From: a virus
Taxonomy: Duplodnaviria; Heunggongvirae; Uroviricota; Caudoviricetes
Length of the DNA: 64,000 bases
Reading direction: 5' to 3' (one strand)
IMG/VR virus record: IMGVR_UViG_3300032046_000003
Coordinates: 64,001-128,000 of that record
Below are positions 53,361 to 62,226 of the stretch, piece after piece. The position numbers and the translations under genes are program-made. Position 1 is the first letter of the stretch. Each line of letters begins with the position of its first letter. The notes below the pieces were generated by a model. The model was given only the letters and a program-made list of their open reading frames with translations, was not told the DNA's origin and did not search any database.

Positions 53361-53633
53361 ATGTATAAATTAATGATAGCGAAAAACAAAGTGACCCAAA
53401 AATGTGAAGTTTGCCACAAGAAAATCAATAGAGGCAGAAAAATATATATTGTAGGCGAAATAATAGCTTGTAAAATGAGCAAATTAAAAGACATTTGGAA
53501 TACATGGGGCAAATGTTGTTCAAAACTTTGTATAGATGATCTTGTATATTCAAAATATTATAAGGATAAGCCGATCGAAGATTCAATAAATCAGTTCAAA
53601 TCTTCCAATATATGCATTATAATATATACATAA
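53361..53633 (+). CDS. Hypothetical Cys-containing protein
   Basis: CEVC and CC..LC motifs; RBS GTGGTGA. Confidence 0.5.
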   Translation: MYKLMIAKNKVTQKCEVCHKKINRGRKIYIVGEIIACKMSKLKDIWNTWGKCCSKLCIDDLVYSKYYKDKPIEDSINQFKSSNICIIIYT

Positions 53634-53637
53634 GGAA

Positions 53638-53952
53638 ATGAAAGGAAGGGTTAAAATGAAACAAGAAAATTTATCAGAAGCAAATAAGATACTACATAAT
53701 CTATATAATATAGAACAAATATTGGTCAAACAAGGACTGAAACCATTCTTTTATTACGGCAAAAGGAAATTAAGAGTTAAGAAATTCGCAATAGTAAAAG
53801 CATTAATGTGGGCATATAAAACTCGCAAGCCTATAACAATAATGAATAAGAAAAACATGCCGTCAATATTACAGAGAAAACCCGAAGATTACAGGCAGAA
53901 AGTTATGACGAGTTTGCAAGAATACAGGGAGTTTGAAAAGAAGTTAAGTTAA
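53638..53952 (+). CDS. Hypothetical basic protein
   Basis: ORF in a contiguous early operon. Confidence 0.5.
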   Translation: MKGRVKMKQENLSEANKILHNLYNIEQILVKQGLKPFFYYGKRKLRVKKFAIVKALMWAYKTRKPITIMNKKNMPSILQRKPEDYRQKVMTSLQEYREFEKKLS

Positions 53953-53965
53953 GGAGGAGATAAAA

Positions 53966-54745
53966 ATGGAAACAATGAATATGGAGAGTATTAAGTTGAA
54001 GGCCCCAGCGGTATTTGCAACGTCCCCGGTGAAAGAAGCTTCAGATAGGTATTATTTTATATCCACAAAAGAGATAATAGACACATTAAAGACATTTGGC
54101 TGGCAGGTGACAAGCGCCCAGCAACAGGGAACACATAAACACAATGCTCATAGACAAAATTTTAAGAGGCATTTGTTAAGGTTCAGGAATCCCGAGATTG
54201 CAACCGGAGAAAACATACCAGAAATAGTTGTAATGAATTCACACGATCGAAGCACAAGATTCAAATTTTATGCGGGCATATTTAGGACAGTGTGCATGAA
54301 CGGCTTAATAATTGCCGAGACCAAAGTATCGGGGTTAAACAAAAAACACATTGGTCATATAGATATTGTTAATGAGTTTATAGAGTCTACAATAGAGAAG
54401 ACCACAGAGACGCTTTCAAAGATCAGAGAATATAAGAACACAAAACTTACTCAAGCTGAAAGGATAAGCATTGCCAGACAAGCCATAAGAATACACTGGT
54501 CACATTCAAGCTTTATTACGCCTGAACAAGTGCTGGAACCTCGCAGAGAGGAAGATAAGGGAACTGATTTATGGACCACCTTTAACGTTATTCAAGAGAA
54601 CATAATGAAAGGCGGAATGAGCAAACAATTACATGATGGCAGAGTTCACACTACTAGAGAGGTAAAGAACGTTACCGAGATAGTTGGATTTAATATCAAA
54701 CTGTGGAAGCTGTTTAAATTTGATATACTCGATGAAAGTATATAA
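53966..54745 (+). CDS. DUF932/DUF945 family protein
   Basis: APAVFA....AS.RY.FI.T, H..RFR, PEIVVMNSHD.S..F....G.FR.VC.NGL, DLWT.FN..QEN. Confidence 0.85.
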   Translation: METMNMESIKLKAPAVFATSPVKEASDRYYFISTKEIIDTLKTFGWQVTSAQQQGTHKHNAHRQNFKRHLLRFRNPEIATGENIPEIVVMNSHDRSTRFKFYAGIFRTVCMNGLIIAETKVSGLNKKHIGHIDIVNEFIESTIEKTTETLSKIREYKNTKLTQAERISIARQAIRIHWSHSSFITPEQVLEPRREEDKGTDLWTTFNVIQENIMKGGMSKQLHDGRVHTTREVKNVTEIVGFNIKLWKLFKFDILDESI

Positions 54746-54753
54746 ATTAACTG

Positions 54754-54782
54754 TGTACATTTAAAGATCCAAATGTTATAAT
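54754..54782 (+). promoter_or_regulatory. sigma70/sigmaA-type promoter P4
   Basis: TGTACA-17 nt-TATAAT with TG extension. Confidence 0.72.
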
Positions 54783-54856
54783 ATATTTAGAGGAGGTGAA
54801 GATTATAAGAAATGAGTTATTGTTTTAGTAAAGTATAAAAAATAGGAGGAATTAAA

Positions 54857-55573
54857 ATGGTTGAAGAGATTAGACAGATACGTAGTAGAAGGGTAACAGA
54901 TCCTGTTGCAAAACAGAAAATAGTTTCAGATTATAAAGCGGGTAAAAAAATGAATCTTGATTATGCAATAGCGCTTAAAACATCTGCATCTGAAATAAAA
55001 GCTATTTTGCAAGAAGAGGGCGTGTATAAGGCGCTACCCAATAGGCGGAATCCTTGGAATTTTGATAAAAATTGGGAAATAATAAAGCAGGTATTAAAAA
55101 ATGGTGCGACCAATAAGGAAATATGTGATAATTTTAGAATCACATTAAAAACTCTAACAAATAGATTAAGTAAGAAAAAATATAAAGTTAGAAGAATTGT
55201 TAGGCCAGATGTTAGAGCAAAGGTTATTTCTCTTCATATCGCAGGTAAAAAGCCTAAAGATATAATTAGAAAAGTAGGAGCTAGCAGAATAAGCGTTTAT
55301 AGTATTATAAGTGCTTATAAAAAGTCGATGCTTAGAAATGTACCAACAGCCTCTATTTCTAGACCAGCAGTTGCCTTATCTACTTTACCGGCACAAACTA
55401 ATATAGAAGACGTCGCTAAACAAACTTCTAATATTGTTAAGGCAACCATGGAAATTATGACATTTCCAGAAGTTGTTGTTGAAAAAAGTGATGGTACAAA
55501 AATTACATATAAAAATGTTTCTCATGCACATTTAGTTAAAGCAGGTATAGTTGATATAACTAAATCACACTGA
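54857..55573 (+). CDS. Multi-helix-turn-helix DNA-binding protein
   Basis: Three HTH-like segments (...SASEIKAIL; ATNKEICDNFRITLKTL; KKPKDIIRKVGASRISVY). Confidence 0.6.
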   Translation: MVEEIRQIRSRRVTDPVAKQKIVSDYKAGKKMNLDYAIALKTSASEIKAILQEEGVYKALPNRRNPWNFDKNWEIIKQVLKNGATNKEICDNFRITLKTLTNRLSKKKYKVRRIVRPDVRAKVISLHIAGKKPKDIIRKVGASRISVYSIISAYKKSMLRNVPTASISRPAVALSTLPAQTNIEDVAKQTSNIVKATMEIMTFPEVVVEKSDGTKITYKNVSHAHLVKAGIVDITKSH

Positions 55574-55585
55574 AGAAATACTTAA

Positions 55586-55625
55586 ATAGATGGGTGGAGT
55601 ATAAATATCCGCCCTCTATTTTTTT
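55586..55625 (+). terminator. Rho-independent terminator
   Basis: GGGTGGA/TCCGCCC stem extended by ATAGA/TCTAT, then a T run. Confidence 0.8.
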
Positions 55626-55628
55626 CAG

Positions 55629-55657
55629 TTCAAGTTTCTTTTAATATGCATTATAAT
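55629..55657 (+). promoter_or_regulatory. sigma70/sigmaA-type promoter P5
   Basis: TTCAAG-17 nt-TATAAT, GCAT before the -10. Confidence 0.72.
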
Positions 55658-55688
55658 ATAATTATAGAGAATGTTAAAGGAGATTAAA

Positions 55689-55874
55689 ATGAATAGGATA
55701 GATGAAAAAAACTTGATAATGGAAGACTTAAGAAGAGCAGTAGAAAATCTACGGTCGGTTGAAAAAAAGAAAAAATTTAAAAGTGACGTAGATGAACTCG
55801 ATCATAAGGCGTCATTAGAACATGCAAAATTTAGAGTATCATATCTTAGAAAGCAATTAGAGGAGGCAAGTTAA
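55689..55874 (+). CDS. Hypothetical coiled-coil protein
   Basis: RBS AAGGAG; start adjusted from 55671. Confidence 0.55.
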   Translation: MNRIDEKNLIMEDLRRAVENLRSVEKKKKFKSDVDELDHKASLEHAKFRVSYLRKQLEEAS

Positions 55875-56165
55875 ATGTACAATTTTTTAATAGAGAATAG
55901 TAGATTAATAACGACGATATTCCAAATATTAATAGGGTTCGCGGCTCTAATAGTATTGTTTTTTACAATAGTGGATTATTTTACTGATAAAATTGGCAGA
56001 ATTGAAATAGGCAGGAGCCTCGCCACCCCAGCTGATCAATGCGCCAACTGTAGCTATAAAGTATATTTTCAAATAGGTCACTATCTTATAGGCAAATGGG
56101 AAAATAAAGGTCGTGTTTATTCTTATCCAAAATGGCATATTTGCCATTTAAGTAGGTTTTTTTAA
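55875..56165 (+). CDS. Hypothetical membrane-anchored protein
   Basis: N-terminal hydrophobic helix, CxxC. Confidence 0.5.
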   Translation: MYNFLIENSRLITTIFQILIGFAALIVLFFTIVDYFTDKIGRIEIGRSLATPADQCANCSYKVYFQIGHYLIGKWENKGRVYSYPKWHICHLSRFF

Positions 56166-56677
56166 TGGACGCGGCCATAAAAACAAGTTTACAAAGACAG
56201 ATAGAGCAAGAGGGTGACAGCAAATTTTGGCGTAAAGACGGATATTATTGTTTGATTATGCGCACTCCTGAGTTGAAGACTTTATGTGGATATGTTGGTG
56301 TTCCTAGGACCTCAACTCTTTATGGCCACGATGTTTTCAGCAACAGTAAAACTAAGATTCAAAAAGACATAAATAAGATTCGCGTTCATGGGGGTTTGAC
56401 ATTTTCAGGTAAATTTGAAAAAAAAGAAGGCCTACCTTTTGAATCTTTGTCTTCAGATATTTGGTGGTTTGGTTTCGATACTGCGCATTTTCAAGATTTA
56501 GTTCCGAGTATGGAATTGTTTCCAGCCATGCAGAGAAAAAATATGCAGTATAGAGATATTAAATATGTGGAGACTGAAGTAAACAATCTACTTTCTCAAA
56601 TTAAAAAAATAGATGATAAACACTATTCATGGTTTTGGAATCTAATAGATAAATTAATTCATTTACAAGTGTTATAA
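56165..56677 (+). CDS. Conserved phage hypothetical protein
   Basis: LCGYVGVP...VHGGLTFS...WWFGFD.AH..D motif set, recurrent in phage early regions. Confidence 0.65.
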   Translation: MDAAIKTSLQRQIEQEGDSKFWRKDGYYCLIMRTPELKTLCGYVGVPRTSTLYGHDVFSNSKTKIQKDINKIRVHGGLTFSGKFEKKEGLPFESLSSDIWWFGFDTAHFQDLVPSMELFPAMQRKNMQYRDIKYVETEVNNLLSQIKKIDDKHYSWFWNLIDKLIHLQVL

Positions 56678-56690
56678 TATGTGTTATAAT
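56662..56690 (+). promoter_or_regulatory. sigma70/sigmaA-type promoter P6
   Basis: TTTACA-17 nt-TATAAT with TG extension. Confidence 0.78.
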
Positions 56691-56710
56691 AATATTAGAG
56701 GAGAATCATA

Positions 56711-57361
56711 ATGAGCATGGATATAAATAATCTCAGCAACGAAGAGGTCTTAAAATTAACGGAATCTGATATAGATAAATATATCAAATATGAGTGCGCC
56801 GAAGATGGAATCAAATTTGAACCTGCTCCAATAAAGCCAGAATTAACAGACAAAATAAAGCCCACAGTGGAGTGCTTTATAATGCCAAGCATGATAGTTC
56901 AAGATAAACAATTAGCACAAAATGCGCTTGATATTTTGACAGAAGGTCAAACTTTCCACGAAGAATATGATTATGCCGGGGCGGGATATGACTATAAATA
57001 TCTGGAGCCATTTAATTTTCAAATATCATCAAAAATGCTTTATGATAAAAACATTATTGATGGTTTATCAGAAAAATTAAAAAGATTTAAAATACAAAAA
57101 GAAGAATATAGCGTATTACACGCCGCCTATGAAGAAAATAAAAAGAAATATGATGTAATATCTAAAAATATTTATGCCTATATAGACAACATAAAAGAGA
57201 AATTTGAAAAAAGAAACAAATACCAAAAAACATATAACGAGTATCTCTCTTTAACAGGCGGAGACGAGCATATAGCCAAGACATTCTTTATTAAAGCATA
57301 CCCGGAGGCAGAAGAGATTTTGTTTTCGGTCGAATCAAACATATTAAAAGAGTCGATATGA
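56711..57361 (+). CDS. Hypothetical protein
   Basis: RBS GAGGAG; 216 aa. Confidence 0.6.
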   Translation: MSMDINNLSNEEVLKLTESDIDKYIKYECAEDGIKFEPAPIKPELTDKIKPTVECFIMPSMIVQDKQLAQNALDILTEGQTFHEEYDYAGAGYDYKYLEPFNFQISSKMLYDKNIIDGLSEKLKRFKIQKEEYSVLHAAYEENKKKYDVISKNIYAYIDNIKEKFEKRNKYQKTYNEYLSLTGGDEHIAKTFFIKAYPEAEEILFSVESNILKESI

Positions 57362-57645
57362 GTAATTTAGAGACTTGGAAAACTGCTGATGGCAAATATA
57401 TCATTATAAAAGACATGGAAGACGAACATCTAATTAATGCTTTCAAATATGTTGTTAACAGAATAGAATATTTAACAGCAGATCATATGAAAATTCCTAG
57501 TAAATGGATTAAATACTGGAACATATTTAAGCAAGAGATGGACGACAGAGGTTTAAATGAATTTTTTGATCAACTAGGCAGCAATTATAAAGGAGAAACT
57601 TACCAAAAGCTGTCCAAATTAGGCATAAAGAACGAGTCTATTTAG
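57358..57645 (+). CDS. Hypothetical protein
   Basis: W.T.DG....IKDM.D.HL.N pattern seen in small phage proteins; ATGA overlap. Confidence 0.55.
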   Translation: MSNLETWKTADGKYIIIKDMEDEHLINAFKYVVNRIEYLTADHMKIPSKWIKYWNIFKQEMDDRGLNEFFDQLGSNYKGETYQKLSKLGIKNESI

Positions 57646-57674
57646 TTCAAGTTCAGCAAATTATGCATTATAAT
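57646..57674 (+). promoter_or_regulatory. sigma70/sigmaA-type promoter P7
   Basis: TTCAAG-17 nt-TATAAT, GCAT before the -10. Confidence 0.72.
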
Positions 57675-57688
57675 ATACTTATAAGGGG

Positions 57689-57916
57689 TTGATAAGATTG
57701 AGTATGTCTAAAGAAGAATGTAGAATGAGTTCGAGTTCGGAAATAGAATGTGAATGCGGAGAGACGGTGTTCGTCGAAGATTTAGGCGATACTCCAATGT
57801 ATTTAAGTGGTGAATGTGAAAAATGCGGAAGGCAATATGGTGGAAATGGCTTGGCAGGATTTGAATGTGAAAATGAACATGAGATAGCAGGCAAAGAGAA
57901 AAAAAATGGACATTAA
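57689..57916 (+). CDS. Small Zn-ribbon protein
   Basis: CECG...CEKCG; start uncertain. Confidence 0.45.
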   Translation: MIRLSMSKEECRMSSSSEIECECGETVFVEDLGDTPMYLSGECEKCGRQYGGNGLAGFECENEHEIAGKEKKNGH

Positions 57917-58139
57917 AAAAACACTAGATGAGCGTCCGGAAAAAATATACCCTTCGGTGGAAGAGACTAGGGATATACTCAAAAACAACCCCACGTTTAT
58001 ATCGACATTAATTGCGATAGCGCTAGTTAACGATATAAAATTAGAACCAGCAATAGCGCTCATTACATGCTTATTTCACAATGGGTTGGTTGACATGGGC
58101 GCGCTGTATCATTTTGTAAAAAGAATTAAGAACAAGTAA
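57906..58139 (+). CDS. Hypothetical protein
   Basis: ORF in a contiguous early operon. Confidence 0.45.
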   Translation: MDIKKTLDERPEKIYPSVEETRDILKNNPTFISTLIAIALVNDIKLEPAIALITCLFHNGLVDMGALYHFVKRIKNK

Positions 58140-58152
58140 TTAGAGGGGAATT

Positions 58153-58404
58153 ATGAATCAGGCGCTTATATTTTCAACCATATCGGGCTCGATAAACATA
58201 TTGTTGGTATTATATTATATATGGTTGACTTTGAAAATAATGTGGCCATTGCAAAATAAAGTTGAGCATATGGGAAGGACAATGAACGAACAATCAGCAG
58301 TATTAAGTTCATGTGTTCATACTATAGATGGCTCAGAAAAACAAATGGCAATTTTATATAAGGTGTTAAAACAAAAGCAAGATGTCTTTAATGAAAGTCT
58401 ATAA
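58153..58404 (+). CDS. Hypothetical membrane-anchored protein
   Basis: RBS GAGGGG; N-terminal TM helix plus coiled coil. Confidence 0.5.
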   Translation: MNQALIFSTISGSINILLVLYYIWLTLKIMWPLQNKVEHMGRTMNEQSAVLSSCVHTIDGSEKQMAILYKVLKQKQDVFNESL

Positions 58405-58460
58405 TAAGGAGGTGCATTAGTATTAAGTAGCGATTATTTTACAGAGAGGGGAATGTAAAA

Positions 58461-58691
58461 ATGACAACAACGAAGCATTTTCCAAAGTACATTAAAGAGA
58501 TAGAAAAACACGATAAATACGCCAAATACAACCGTTCTCACGAAATACCTAGTCTAAATTCAAACTCAGGCCACGGATTAATGCTAAGGGACATATTAAG
58601 ATTAAGAGATATTGCAGATGTGATCGATGTTTTGATTGATAGCGATTTTGGCAGCACAGAAACAATAAAGGAGAAGGATGAAAAAAAGTAG
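58461..58691 (+). CDS. Hypothetical protein
   Basis: RBS GAGGGG; 76 aa. Confidence 0.45.
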   Translation: MTTTKHFPKYIKEIEKHDKYAKYNRSHEIPSLNSNSGHGLMLRDILRLRDIADVIDVLIDSDFGSTETIKEKDEKK

Positions 58692-58695
58692 TCAT

Positions 58696-58724
58696 TTTAC
58701 AAAGTTAAAGAAATATGATATAAT
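58696..58724 (+). promoter_or_regulatory. sigma70/sigmaA-type promoter P8
   Basis: TTTACA-17 nt-TATAAT with TG extension; shares GTCATTTTACA with P1. Confidence 0.78.
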
Positions 58725-58752
58725 AATATTAGAATAGATGAGGAGGTGAAAG

Positions 58753-59139
58753 ATGACTATAGTGAAAGCAAGGATTCCACACGGTAAATTTGGATATATA
58801 GAAATAGAGAGACAAATCGCCAATCAGGCCGAAGAGCAGAAAAACATCGATGATCTAAAAGTATTAATACAAGAAAATTCATTTTATGAGGACGATTCAA
58901 ACATCAATCCAGAAGTAGTTGTAGAGGGCAAAGTTTGCCCTAAATGTCAAAGTAGCTTGGTTGAGCAAATTGCAATCTCACCTAAAACAAATAAACCTTT
59001 TCACAGAGTAAAATGCATAAACAACGTTATGCTCCCAGAAGGCGTTAAACCAGATGCTAATGGAGAAATTGTAGTAAAAGGCAAAAAAATTAAGTATTGT
59101 GACCATATTACCTGGATAGCTGTATCATTGAAACCGTAA
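58753..59139 (+). CDS. Hypothetical protein with Zn-ribbon (topoisomerase-zf-like)
   Basis: RBS GAGGAGGTG; CPKC...C...C.HI.W. Confidence 0.55.
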   Translation: MTIVKARIPHGKFGYIEIERQIANQAEEQKNIDDLKVLIQENSFYEDDSNINPEVVVEGKVCPKCQSSLVEQIAISPKTNKPFHRVKCINNVMLPEGVKPDANGEIVVKGKKIKYCDHITWIAVSLKP

Positions 59140-59240
59140 TAGGCCAGAGGCATCCTGGGGATGCTCAGCTTAACGTTCTTTGTTAGTATGTTAGATTCTA
59201 TTAATGTCTAGTTTATGTAACCGGAGTGACCCGGCAAATG

Positions 59241-59269
59241 TTTACAAAGTCACAATTATATGTTATAAT
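59241..59269 (+). promoter_or_regulatory. sigma70/sigmaA-type promoter P9
   Basis: TTTACA-17 nt-TATAAT with TG extension. Confidence 0.8.
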
Positions 59270-59291
59270 AATTATAGAGAGGAGGTGAATC

Positions 59292-59486
59292 ATGACACAA
59301 TCAGCATTAGAGCAGCTTAAGGAGAAGATAACAGGTTTGGATTTCTTATATGCAAAGATAGCCGAGAAGCCTTATGGATCGGAAGTCACCATGGCTAGGA
59401 AGACATATCAAGAGATAAAAACCTTGGCCAACCTTGAAAGGAAAAGACTTACGACAGAAGCAAAGAAAGCTAAAGCCGCAAAGTAG
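59292..59486 (+). CDS. Small basic helical protein (own promoter and terminator)
   Basis: RBS GAGGAGGTGA; AK-rich tail; resembles small histone-like/nucleoid proteins. Confidence 0.6.
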   Translation: MTQSALEQLKEKITGLDFLYAKIAEKPYGSEVTMARKTYQEIKTLANLERKRLTTEAKKAKAAK

Positions 59487-59513
59487 TAAATAACCGGTCC
59501 GGTTAAATATTTA

Positions 59514-59552
59514 AGGGTGGGCTTAGCGCCTGGTTAGGCCCACTCTTTTTTT
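59514..59552 (+). terminator. Rho-independent terminator
   Basis: AGGGTGGGC/GCCCACTCT stem followed by a T run. Confidence 0.8.
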
Positions 59553-59565
59553 AGAAAGAGGAACT

Positions 59566-60288
59566 ATGCACAAAGAAGATTTAAACACTTGTCCCGCGTG
59601 TGGAAGCATTAAAAAAGACACAAATCAAATAGACGAAAATACGGTTTGCGAATGCAGAAGACAAAAAAAATTAGCAGCGCTATATACTAGAACAAATATC
59701 CCGTATGAATATTGGTTCAAAGACTTGTCAGATTTTAATGGTAAAGAAGAATATAAGAAAGAGCTGGAAGATTACGTTGGCAATTTAGACAAATATTATA
59801 AGCATTCAATTGGATTATTTTTGTGGGGTAAAAATGGTACAGGTAAAACTCTATTGGCCATCGGCGCCTTAAAAGAAGTTTTAAAGAAAAAACATTCATG
59901 CTTCTTTGCGTCTTATTCAGAGATTGTCAAGCTTTTTACCAGCGGCTGGAAAAGTGACGTTGCAAAGTCAAACTTTGAAATGAATATAGAGAATTCGGAT
60001 TTTCTTGTTATAGACGATTTGGGCAAAGAATACAAAACTAATAACAATTTAACCGAAAGCGTGCTAGATGGCGTTATAAGATACAGAAAAGGTCCTACAA
60101 TAATCACTTCAAATAAAAACGTCGAAGAACTAAAAGAAACATATAGCAGCACATTCGGCGAATCACTCGCTTCGTTGATATACGGCAAGACAATTAATTT
60201 ACAAATTATGGGAACCGATTTTAGAAAAGACATTAGCAGCCGCCTTCGTGAAATAGTTAAACAAACTAACTATAGGTCTATAAAATAA
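59566..60288 (+). CDS. DnaC/IstB-like AAA+ helicase loader
   Basis: N-terminal CPAC...CEC; GKNGTGKT Walker A; LVIDDLGKE Walker B; TIITSN; G.DFR. Confidence 0.88.
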   Translation: MHKEDLNTCPACGSIKKDTNQIDENTVCECRRQKKLAALYTRTNIPYEYWFKDLSDFNGKEEYKKELEDYVGNLDKYYKHSIGLFLWGKNGTGKTLLAIGALKEVLKKKHSCFFASYSEIVKLFTSGWKSDVAKSNFEMNIENSDFLVIDDLGKEYKTNNNLTESVLDGVIRYRKGPTIITSNKNVEELKETYSSTFGESLASLIYGKTINLQIMGTDFRKDISSRLREIVKQTNYRSIK

Positions 60289-60297
60289 GGAGAAAAA

Positions 60298-60693
60298 ATG
60301 AAAAGATGTTTGCAGGAAAAATTAATTAAGAGGTTCAAATTCTTAAGACCCGCAAAAGACATGGATCGCCATGCCTATAACTTATTCGGTATAGAATGCG
60401 GCGATGGATGGTTCAAATTACTATGGGAACTCTGTGCGAGGATAGAGGATGAGATGAAAAGGGAGCCTTCAAAAGAATTTATGGTGGCTCAAATCAAGGA
60501 AAAATTTGCAGGACTAAGATTTTATGTATATGGTGTTAACGATAAGATACGGGAATTGATAGATGGAGCGGAGAATAAGTCACTTAAGATTTGTGAGGAA
60601 TGTGGGAAGAAAGGCAAAATAGTAAAGATAAGAGGTTGGTTTATAACTTTATGTAAGGCTCATGCAGGTAAAAGGAAGGAGGCGAAAGAATGA
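60298..60693 (+). CDS. Conserved phage hypothetical protein
   Basis: ECGDGW..L...L...QIKEKF.GLRFY...S..ICEECG...W..TLC..H motif set. Confidence 0.65.
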   Translation: MKRCLQEKLIKRFKFLRPAKDMDRHAYNLFGIECGDGWFKLLWELCARIEDEMKREPSKEFMVAQIKEKFAGLRFYVYGVNDKIRELIDGAENKSLKICEECGKKGKIVKIRGWFITLCKAHAGKRKEAKE

Positions 60694-60908
60694 AAAGTAT
60701 AACAGAACGATTAGTTGAAAAATGTATAACTACCAGAAAATTAAAACAAGGAGATAGGACAAGACATTTGTATGAATTTGATATTGAGACTTTGGTAAAT
60801 GTGGTAGAGGAGCTAATCAATGATAATTGGATGAAAGGGCTGCAAGAGTTTCGCAAAAAGTTAATGTTCTGGAAATTGAGGAGGACAAACAATGAACGCA
60901 GAATATAG
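60690..60908 (+). CDS. Hypothetical protein
   Basis: Overlapping ORF in the replication operon. Confidence 0.45.
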   Translation: MKSITERLVEKCITTRKLKQGDRTRHLYEFDIETLVNVVEELINDNWMKGLQEFRKKLMFWKLRRTNNERRI

Positions 60909-62163
60909 TTTAATTAATGCTGTTATTACTCAAGGGCATATAATACCATTATTAAAAAGAATAGATGCGTCATTCTTTGATGTAGAGCTGCATAAAAATG
61001 TGTATTTATTATTATTAGATTATTACAATAAATTCAAGAAAGTGGCCCCATCTTCAGTTATAAAACAAAAATACCCAGATTTCGAACCCATAGAAGAAAA
61101 TGGTCAAATTGACTTTTTCATAGATGAGATTATACAAAAGAAATGCGAGAGACGTTTAACAAGCATATTATCGGAAAGCGTCAATAAATTAAGAGAAGGC
61201 AAGTCTCAGGAAGTGATCGAATATATATCGTCGGAAGTCAAAGGGTTAAAAAACAGCATTCATACCGAAGAAGACATTGATATAACAAAAAACACAGAAA
61301 GAAGACTCGATAGATACATACAAACCGCGCAGGGTGCAAATCATGGCCTAATAGGGATTACTTCAGGCTTTAAGTCAGTGGACAATTTAACGGGCGGATT
61401 TAAAAACGGCGAGTTAATAGTTGTTATGGCCCCAACGGGAACAGGCAAAAGTTTCCTGTGTACACATTTTGCAAGAGCAGCTTGGCTGGCGGGATATAAG
61501 CCTTTGTATATTTCATTAGAGATGAGCGACATACAAATCTCATATCGATTTGACGCTTTAATTACAGGATTAAAACACAAGTTTATAAAACACGCCCAAT
61601 TAAATGAAGAGGATTTGACCAAATATAAAAAGCACTTGCAAGATATAAAAGAGGGAAGGCCCAGTTTCATTATATCAAATCCATCTAGGTGTACGCAAAA
61701 TACGGTTTATAATAAAATATTAGAGCACAAGCCAGATATTTGCGTGGTTGATTACATATCATTAATGCAAGATGAAAAGAAAAATAAAGATTGGCAGGCA
61801 GTTGATAGCATAATGAAAGATTTAAAAAATATAGCTAACGACAAACAAATATCCATACCAATAATTGCTATTGCCCAGGTTAATAGAGGTTTTGATAGAA
61901 ATTCTCAAGAGCTTCCACAGTTAGATGATGTAGCCCGATCAGACTCTATTTCTCATCACGCTGATATTGTTATAGCGATACACCAAAATACGGCCCTGAA
62001 AGACGAGTGTGAAATGTTGTTTGGTATAATAAAACAACGAGATGAAGAGAATATGCAGATGAAATTGCATTGGGATTTAAGAAATTCTATTATAGAAGAG
62101 CCCGAAGAACAAACAGCAACAACTGCAACTACTGAAAGAACAAATGAAGGGTTGTTTGATTGA
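60892..62163 (+). CDS. dnaB: Replicative DnaB-like helicase
   Basis: GITSGF..VD..TGG...GEL, APTGTGKS, ISLEMS, VVDYI.LM, IAQVNR, SDSI.H.AD. Confidence 0.92.
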   Translation: MNAEYSLINAVITQGHIIPLLKRIDASFFDVELHKNVYLLLLDYYNKFKKVAPSSVIKQKYPDFEPIEENGQIDFFIDEIIQKKCERRLTSILSESVNKLREGKSQEVIEYISSEVKGLKNSIHTEEDIDITKNTERRLDRYIQTAQGANHGLIGITSGFKSVDNLTGGFKNGELIVVMAPTGTGKSFLCTHFARAAWLAGYKPLYISLEMSDIQISYRFDALITGLKHKFIKHAQLNEEDLTKYKKHLQDIKEGRPSFIISNPSRCTQNTVYNKILEHKPDICVVDYISLMQDEKKNKDWQAVDSIMKDLKNIANDKQISIPIIAIAQVNRGFDRNSQELPQLDDVARSDSISHHADIVIAIHQNTALKDECEMLFGIIKQRDEENMQMKLHWDLRNSIIEEPEEQTATTATTERTNEGLFD

Positions 62164-62226
62164 TTAATTTGAAATATATGGAGAATAAAAAAGAATATTC
62201 AAATATTAATATTATTGTTATAGAAA

